Shown: positions 55,172 to 64,000 of the stretch, piece by piece
Layout of the letters: every line of letters begins with the position of its first letter
Position numbering within the stretch: position 1 is the first letter of the stretch
Source: Eledone cirrhosa
Taxonomy: Eukaryota
Assembly (NCBI GenBank): GCA_964016885.1
Contig: OZ024743.1
Coordinates: 80,972,001-81,036,000, forward strand
DNA length: 64,000 nucleotides
Direction: 5' to 3'
Made by a program: the position numbers and the translations under genes
The notes under the pieces: model-generated
The model's database searches: none
What the model saw: the letters and a program-made list of their open reading frames with translations, nothing else
What the model was told of the DNA's origin: nothing

Positions 55172-55484
55172 GGAGTGAGAGAGAGAGAGACAGAGAGAGA
55201 GACAGAGAGAGAGAAATGGAGAGTGAGGGAGAGACAGAGAGAGAGAGAGGAAAAGACGAAGAAAATGAAGAGAATTCACCCCAGTATTATACTGCTACCT
55301 TATAAGGAATATATAGCTGATCACGGAGTAATTATCGATCTCACTAATGATCGGGTACTTTATTTATCATCCTTTATATATTGATCTCACAGCGCAGTAA
55401 GCCGGATCAAATAGCAAGGCATTTAAGCCGACATCCTAATGATTCTACCAATTCACCCTGTTACAGTTCCTGTCTATTTGAGAA

Positions 55485-55708
55485 TATTGGTTTCTGATTT
55501 AGGCACAAAGCCAACAATTGTGGTGGTTAGGGTGGTAAGTTGATTAAATTGACCCCAGTGGATTACTGCTACTGTATTTTATCGAGCCCGCGAGGAAGAA
55601 AGCCAAAGCTAATCTCGACAGGATTTGAAATCAGATGGTGAAGGGCCGTATCCCTATTCCACAAAGCATGTTGTCCGGCGCTCTACCGATACTGCCATTC
55701 CTCCACCA
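55485..55708 (-). mobile_element. Diverged tRNA-derived SINE
   Basis: tttatcgagcccgcgaggaagaaagccaaag...ggatttgaa...ctctaccgatactgcca. Confidence 0.7.
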
Positions 55709-56042
55709 CTTTATTTGAGTACATTGAAATCTGTTCTACCACCAGGTGACCTCACAGAGATCACGTCCGTTACTCCTCCCCTTCCTCGTCAAAGTCATAA
55801 AAAGCTTGCAAGCAAAATATTTCAACCAAGCTTTTGTATTCATTCATATTTTTTTATATTATTCTATTATTGTTGTTGTTGTTTTATTGATGTTTTGTTG
55901 TTTTTTCACCATTTTGTCCATTCATCATTCGCTTTTATTGGTTGATTTTAATAACTGTGGCTTTTCAATATCTTATTGATACATATCATAGCTTATTGAT
56001 ACATATCATATTGTATCATCTATTTTCCTTTATCATCCTGTC

Positions 56043-56398
56043 TATTGTTGTTGTTGTTGTTATTGCTGCTGCTGTTGTTGTTTCTGTTGTATTAACTGTT
56101 GTTGTTGTTGTTGTTGTTATTGCTGCTGCTGCTGCTGCTGTTGTTTCTGTTGTTGTAACTGTTGCGGTTGTTGTTGTTGTTATTGTTACTGTTGTTGTTG
56201 TTATTGCTGTTGTAACTATTGCTGTTGTTGTGTTTGCTGCTGCTGTTGTTGTTGTTGTTATTATTGCTACTGCTGTTGTTGTTTCAGTTGTTGTAACTGT
56301 TGTTGTTGTTGCTGTTGTTATTGTTATTGATGTTGTTATTGTTATTGATGTTGTTGATTTTAGTGTTGTTGTTGTTATTGTTGTTGTTGTTGCTGTCA
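56043..56398. repeat. (GTT/GCT)n degenerate trinucleotide repeat
   Basis: Visible. Confidence 0.9.
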
Positions 56399-57317
56399 TT
56401 TTCTGCAGCCGCCATTTGTCATTTGTAATCCAGTCTTCTGGGAGAGTCATTTTTCATTTCCCAGCCGCCGCACACTAATGCATAATGAAAGACTTCTACA
56501 CACAAAAAACATATCAGTGAAGAGAAGTCACAGAGATTATAAATATCAAATGGCACATCAAGAACCCTGCTGCGCTAGGTGTATAGTGAGGCCATTGTGA
56601 AACTTTAGACAATCAGACCGCATTTTACACGATTTCAAACCATATCGTTTTCAACATACGCGGCCAGGAGATATTTTACTGTGAGACCGAATCTTGAGCG
56701 CGGATAAGACTGAGAGATTATATACAGAGATACCTCATCATACGTAGTGTTTAAATAATGTGGTTTTCAACATACGTGACTGGAAAACCTTTTCAAAAGC
56801 AATTCAAACCTGCCGAGGTTGGTTTCTGGTGAGACAAAGCTGAAACTATACTCGGAGACCATATCATTCGTGTTTCTGAAAAATCTGGTTTTCAAAATAT
56901 TCGATCAAATAATAATTTGTAAATGTAACAGGACGTTAATATCACTCTTTCCCTGAGTTCTCTTCACCTCTAGAAATCTGACCTTTTGCTTCCACCAAAA
57001 TATTTCAGCAGTTATAAGCCTGCCATGCTACGTTTGATCTGAAGCCATTGTAAAACTTTATACATACATCCCGCATCTTAAACGTTATTTTAGCCAAACC
57101 GGCTTGAACTTACGTGAGCGGAAAATAATTTTGCGAAATCTATACAGTGGATTTGAATCTTAAGCGTTGAGGTGAACGTGGAATTCTAAACAGAGGTCCT
57201 GAAAAATGAACAGTTTTAAACAGTCCGGTTTTAAATAATTGCGATCTGAAAATATATTTTAAAAAAATATTTGTGTAGCTATCGTTTTATTATGTCAACT
57301 ATACTTTACAAAGAGAA

Positions 57318-57575
57318 GTATGGACATGAGATACGCATGGAGGATGACCGCTGGGTAAAGAAGTGCCAAGAAATCCCAGTAGAAGGAAGACTCAGTAGAG
57401 GAAGACCACGAAAAACATGGGCGGATGTGGTGAGAGCAGACCTCAGATCGCTGAAACTCACAGAGGAGATGACGAAGGACTGTGAAAAGTGGAGAGATGC
57501 TGTGCTGAATAGGACCCGTCCCACCCTTGCAAGCAGGGAAAAGCGGACGTAAAATGATGATGATGATGATGATGA
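57318..57575 (+). mobile_element. RTE-type LINE 3' terminus with (GAT)n tail
   Basis: YGH..RMEDDRWVKK...VEG...RGRPRKTW..VV..D...L......D.EKWR then atgatgatg. Confidence 0.8.
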
Positions 57576-58069
57576 AGTTATACAATAATTGGAATATTAG
57601 AAACAGATAAAAACCAAGTTAAGTAATGAAAAAGAAGGGGGAAGTTGTTTATAAGGGCAGATCTGACTGTATAGGAAAGTAAAGGAAGGGACTATAAATG
57701 CCATAAATGAGAAGAAAATGGAAGAAAAGAGCAACAACTACCTGGTAGCGGGAGAAAAAGAGTGGAAGAGGAGAGAGTAACAGAATCTGTGCATAGTTCA
57801 GGGCGGAGTTGCGGCTGCACCCCGCTGACAAAACTCCAGATATTTCCACGGACTATACAGAGCGACACCTGCTACAACAGCCACCTCACCTCGCGGGGCT
57901 CCTTCCTCAGGCGGGCTGCAGACGTTCAGATTTTACGGTGGAGCTTAGCTGTACGGGTGCCGAGGACACCTGAGATCTCGGCGATGAATATACAGTGAGC
58001 CTCTATATTATTTGGTCTCAAACAGCGCTGATTTGAAAACACACGGCCGGAATTAGTTTCTTAAATTCA

Positions 58070-58480
58070 GAAGACTTTGTTTTAAATCTCAAGGTCTACG
58101 AAGTGCAAAGTCATCAATGCTACAGTCGAAACCAGCTTATTATTTGGTTCAGAATCTTAGACTCTCAGTGTTGCTCGCTGAAGGAAACTTGCTGGTTCCT
58201 ACACCAAGATGTTACGTGTGGTGTTCAATATTTGTAACAAAGTCACACTACCAACAAAGTTGTTTTTAGTGATTTGCCAGGAGTTTCATACAAAGTTCAA
58301 GCCCGTCACTTGGCTCTTGCTGGTCATGTTTCCTGTCATGATGTCCCTGCAGGGAAACTGCTTTTCTGATTACTAGATGTCAAGTGACGAGTAGAGCGCC
58401 AAACATAAGCTTCAAGACACTTGGCGAGGGACACTAGCTTTACCGGACGGGATCTTCATGTCACGATGAGAAATCCGGAA
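58070..58480 (+). mobile_element. Decayed RTE-like LINE RT C-terminal fragment
   Basis: NATVETSLLFGSES.TL...KLAGSYTKMLRVVFNI...HTTN....DLP.VS.KV..R.LALAGH. Confidence 0.6.
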
Positions 58481-58793
58481 GTCTGAAACAAGAACTTTGT
58501 GCATGATTCACCTTAGATGGAGGGGGTGACTCAAGAAGAAAAAGAAATCAAGAAAGTTTATAAAAGTTTGAATGTCCTGTTCCACATGAATCACCTACCA
58601 CGCTAAATCTCGAGTTTTCTTTATATCTAGAACTCCTGGCATCAAACAACTTCCAAAGTCTTTCAAATGACATATGAAGAACACTGGTAGGTTTGTAGTG
58701 AGGCCTAGTGAAACTTTTTACTGAAATTTTCGAATTATGTTGTACGAATGATATGGAAAACGAACCCAACCTCAATTGTTAGCAATTTTGAAG

Positions 58794-58975
58794 GGCGGTG
58801 GATTGGCAGTATCGGTAGAGGGTCGGATACCATGCATTTCTGCAGAGAGTTACGGCCCTTTACGGTCTGAGTTCAAATCCCGTTGAGGTTAACTTTGCCT
58901 TTCATCCTTACGAGGTGGATAAAATAAAGTACCAGTAATACACTGGGATAATTGCTGGCCAAAGGTAGAAGCAAT
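58794..58975 (+). mobile_element. tRNA-derived SINE
   Basis: Same family as 24960. Confidence 0.85.
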
Positions 58976-60156
58976 TTTGAAGAAGGGGAGATAATTTAAA
59001 GAAATTAAACTCCAAGTTAAATTAACATTCTGAAGGAAAGGGACAATCTGATCATTGTTAATATGTTTATATGTATATGGATGTATGTGCATGGATGTAT
59101 GTACATGTATGTATGTGCATGTATGTATGTACATGTATGTATGTACATGTATGTATGTACATGTATGTATGTACAAGTAGGTGTGTACATGTATGTATGT
59201 ACAAGTAGGTGTGTACATGTATGTATGTACAAGTAGGTGTGTACATGTATCTATGTATCTCACTTAATCTCTCTCTCTCTCTATGTACATGAGCACACAT
59301 ATACATATATCTATATATACATATGTATATAGAAATATATAGATACACATACAGGCACTGACATATAAATCCTATATATCTGTGTATATATACATACATA
59401 TATATATATACACACACATATATATATGTATGTCTGTATATATTGACACATATACAAGCATATCACAGCTTTAATGAGTAGTGACAGGCGAATTTATAAA
59501 CGTATTTCTTTTCATTCTTTTCAAAAGCCGAGAAATATACGTTGAATATGTGAGGCCATTGTGAGAAGCCGTGTTTGTACACGTCCTTATAAGTGAACAG
59601 AATAAGAAGAAAAAACGTTACATGCCTAAAACACATCGCAATGATGAAAAAGAAACATTTTAGACATTATAATAGATGCTATTTCTCATAAAGAAGAGAA
59701 AAAAAATATACATTAAACCGTTGCTTTCTATTATATAGTTCTGTTATAGAAAATATTTCGGAGAGTGAGTTTCGTATTAATATATTTTAATACCAATATG
59801 GCTTCCTTCTCTCACTAGAAAGAGAGACACATTAATGGATTCTTAAATCAAATAATAACAAAAAGATATATCTTTAAATAAAAAGGCGCTTGTCATCATT
59901 CATTAAAATTATACAGTTTGACATTGATTATAATCATTCAGATGTATATTTTGTCAGGATGGCTTTGTATGTGTTTCAAACGCTAGACTTGACATCAAGG
60001 TATCACTAGTTCTGTTGGAGACAGGCTATTTTTTATTTGCCTGATCTTTTATGAAATCAAAGCATTGACGACATTGCTCTTCCCTTCCACTCTCGCTCCT
60101 TGATAGTCACTTTCGGCAGGTATTAGCCACTTCGCCTTACTACATTTACTTCACTT

Positions 60157-60271
<115 letters not shown>

Positions 60272-60757
60272 TTATATTTATATTTATATTGTAAAATCTA
60301 AAAGCTGAACAATGTGAAAGTGATTATATTAATAAATCCCTCAAAATTTCTGATTATTAAAAATATTTGAACATGAAAATCTGTTTAGAAATATAATAGC
60401 GACATGATTAAATCTCATCGGAAAGAAATATAATGAATATAAATGTGAAAACTTGGAAATACTGCAATAGAAAGGGCATCATGGAGAAAATATATACTGT
60501 GTCCAAGTATTTGGAGGTAAATTGTATTAAATGTATAAAACTGAAGACATGCAAACAAGTGAATCCCATAGATATTGCATGTATGGTCCCTGGACTCCTG
60601 ATGGGTCGCAGATGTGTCATATTGATATAGGTTGTTTCTAGGGCTTTTTTAAAAACACTGGTGGAGCCCATCCCTCTCCAGGTCTGAGTAAAGCAGATTG
60701 CTTCCAGAGAAGGTGAGAAAGTGAGAGAGGGGAAGTGAGAAAGAGATATAGAGGACG

Positions 60758-60908
60758 AATCAACCCCAGTACTAGACTGGTACTTTTCTATCGACCTCGA
60801 AAGGGTGGAAGGCAAAGATGTCCTCAGCGAGATTTGAACCCAGAGAACAGAGAGAGCCGAAACAAATACCTCAAAGCATTCTACCCGACGTTCTAACGAT
60901 CTGCCAAA
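60758..60908 (-). mobile_element. tRNA-derived SINE, subfamily like the 12384 copy
   Basis: ccccagtactagactggtac...atcgacctcgaaagggtggaaggcaaa...gatttgaaccc. Confidence 0.75.
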
Positions 60909-61189
60909 CACTACATTTCATAGACATTTGTAATTCTTTGAATTATTCAAATGACTAAGCCTGGTCTAGATAATCCTTCGAAGTTACACGAACCAATGTA
61001 AGTTAAAGTATCACTACTTGGAGGAATATATGTAAACAGTTATATACGTGCTGCCTCAAAGTTTGACCAGATTTGTTATTGATGTGATGTCTCCATATCT
61101 CGTACCTTGCTGAGAGTGGTCCATTGGCGTTGGTCATTTGTTACCAACAGCCTGCTACCATCATACCTACTACTCCTAGTTGTCACACA

Positions 61190-61478
61190 GTGTAATGTTA
61201 ACACAGAGTAATTGTAATATCTTGTGATCGTAACACACTCCTACAGTAACACACTCCAGCTGTGACACAGTGCCGTTGTAACACAGTACTGTAACACACT
61301 ACAACACTAACATACTGTAACACAGTACTACATACTGTAACACAGTACTACATACTGTAACACACTACAACACTAACATACTGTAACACACTACAACACT
61401 CTACATAGTTTAACACACTACAACACTAACAAACTGTAACACACTACAACACCCTCCATACTTTAAATGTAACACAGA
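61190..61478. repeat. Degenerate taacac/actac minisatellite
   Basis: Visible. Confidence 0.75.
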
Positions 61479-61640
61479 TCTATTCAGTCGAATAAAGTTT
61501 GTTTCTTAACAACGTCTCGCTACAAAACAGTCACAAGGACTTAATTAAAATCAATTAAAACACAAACAACAAAATAACTCTGCATCAATTTACTGTCGAC
61601 CTATAGTGTCTAGGTTTAGATTAAATATATTAATACATCT

Positions 61641-64000
61641 AACTGGATATTATAGAGAAGTGTAAACTGGATATTATAGAGAATGGTAAACTAGATATTA
61701 TAGAGAATGGTAAACTGGATATTATAGAGAATGGTAAACTAGATATTATAGAGAAGTGTAAACTGGATATTATAGAGAATGGTAAACTAGATATTATAGA
61801 GAAGTGTAAACTGGATATTATAGAGAATGGTAAACTAGATATTATAGAGAAGTGTAAACTGGATATTATAGAGAATGGTAAACTAGATATTATAGAGAAG
61901 TGTAAACTGGATATTATAGAGAAGTGTAAACTGGATATTATAGAGAATGGTAAACCAGATATTATAGAGAAGTGTAAACTGGATATTATAGAGAATGGTA
62001 AACTAGATATTATAGAGAAGTGTAAACTGGATATTATAGAGAAGTGTAAACTGGATATTATAGAGAATGGTAAACTGGATATTATAGAGAATGGTAAACT
62101 AGATATTATAGAGAAGTGAAAACTGGATATTATAGAGAATGGTAAACTAGATATTATAGAGAAGTGTAAACTGGATATTATAGAGAATGGTAAACTAGAT
62201 ATTATAGAGAAGTGTAAACTGGATATTATAGAGAATGGTAAACTAGATATTATAGAGAAGTGTAAACTGGATATTATAGAGAATGGTAAACTAGATATTA
62301 TAGAGAATGTTAAACTAGATATTATAGAGAATGGTAAACTGGATATTATAGAGAATGGTAAACTAGATATTATAGAGAAGTGTAAACTGGATATTATAGA
62401 GAATGGTAAACTAGATATTATAGAGAAGTGTAAACTGGATATTATAGAGAAGTGTAAACTGGATATTATAGAGAATGGTAAACTGGATATTATAGAGAAT
62501 GGTAAACTAGATATTATAGAGAAGTGAAAACTGGATATTATAGAGAATGGTAAACTAGATATTATAGAGAAGTGTAAACTGGATATTATAGAGAATGGTA
62601 AACTAGATATCATAGAGAAGTGTAAACTGGATATTATAGAGAATGGTAAACTAGATATTATAGAGAAGTGTAAAGTGGATATTATAGAGAATGGTAAACT
62701 AGATATTATAGAGAATGGTAAACTGGATATTATAGAGAATGGTAAACTAGATATTATAGAGAAGTGTAAACTGGATATTATAGAGAATGGTAAACTAGAT
62801 ATTATAGAGAAGTGTAAACTGGATATTATAGAGAATGGTAAACTAGATATTATAGAGAAGTGTAAACTGGATATTATAGAGAATGGTAAACTAGATATTA
62901 TAGAGAATGGTAAACTGGATATTATAGAGAATGGTAAACTAGATATTATAGAGAAGTGTAAACTGGATATTATAGAGAAGTGTAAACTGGATATTATAGA
63001 GAATGGTAAACTAGATATTATAGAGAATGGTAAACTGGATATTATAGAGAATGGTAAACTAGATATTATAGAGAAGTGTAAACTGGATATTATAGAGAAT
63101 GGTAAACTAGATATTATAAGGAAGTGTAAACTGGATATTATAGAGAAGTGTAAACTAGATATTATAGAGAATGGTAAACTGGATATTATAGAGAATGGTA
63201 AACTAGATATTATAGAGAAGTGTAAACTGGATATTATAGAGAATGGTAAACTAGATATTATAGAGAAGTGTAAACTAGATATTATAGAGAAGTGTAAACT
63301 AGATATTATAGAGAATGGTAAACTGGATAATATAGAGAATGGTAAACTGGATATTATAGAGAATGGTAAACTAGATATTATAGAGAATGGTAAACTGGAT
63401 ATTATAGAGAAGTGTAAACTAGATATTATAGAGAAGTGTAAACTAGATATTATAGAGAATGGTAAACTGGATATTATAGAGAAATGTAAACTGGATATTA
63501 TAGAGAAGTGTAAACTGGATATTATAGAGAATGGTAAACTGGATATTATAGAGAATGGTAAACTGGATATTATAGAGAATGGTAAACTGGATATTATAGA
63601 GAATGGTAAACTGGATATTATAAAGAATGGTAAACTGGATATTATAGAGAATGGTAAACTGGATATTATAGAGAAGTGTAAACTGGATATTATAGAGAAT
63701 GGTAAACTGGATATTATAGAGAATGGTAAACTGGATATTATAAAGAATAGTAAACTGGATATTATAGAGAATGGTAAACTGGATATTATAGAGAATGGTA
63801 AACTAGATATTATAGAGAAGTGTAAACTGGATATTATAGAGAATGGTAAACTGGATATTATAGAGAATGGTAAACTGGATATTATAGAGAATGGTAAACT
63901 GGATATTATAGAGAATGGTAAACTGGATATTATAGAGAATGGTAAACTATATATTATAGAGAAGTGTAAACTAGATATTATAGAGAATGGTAAACTGGAT
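61641..64000. repeat. 24-bp satellite aact(g/a)gatattatagagaa(gtg/tgg)ta, running past the window end
   Basis: About 98 highly homogeneous units. Confidence 0.97.

Noticed and set aside
56540-57260. Recurring ggttttcaacatacg / gccattgt.aaacttta motifs at ~120-bp spacing
   Set aside because: Likely an old degenerate tandem repeat; the unit cannot be defined by eye
61639-62613. 324-aa FSIISSL(P/H) repeat ORF
   Set aside because: By-product of the 24-bp satellite

Overview
Eukaryotic, microsatellite-saturated intergenic or intronic DNA with no recognisable host protein-coding gene. The SINE family and repeat landscape suggest an octopus/cephalopod genome (inference). Nearly all long ORFs in the track are translations of simple repeats. 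Recognisable content: (i) three copies of one R4/Dong-clade RLE non-LTR retrotransposon (two full-length but frameshifted, one 5'-truncated), all inserted in (CATA)n/(TATG)n; (ii) decayed RTE, CRE-like and Ingi/Vingi-like LINE fragments, many tRNA-derived SINEs, a non-autonomous Helitron, MITEs and several satellites; (iii) a decayed Penelope-like GIY-YIG element plus many short Penelope-type pseudo-LTR remnants in (TA)n tracts. Many of these remnants are head-to-head palindromes carrying minimal type I hammerhead ribozyme motifs, including a recurrent variant with a compensatory U3-A8 core (UUGAUAA) and a long stem-II insert. One family recurs as a fixed ~110-bp hairpin plus ~70-nt tail, which suggests a self-propagating non-autonomous, retrozyme-like hairpin element. 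All structures were folded by eye and coordinates are approximate to a few bases.
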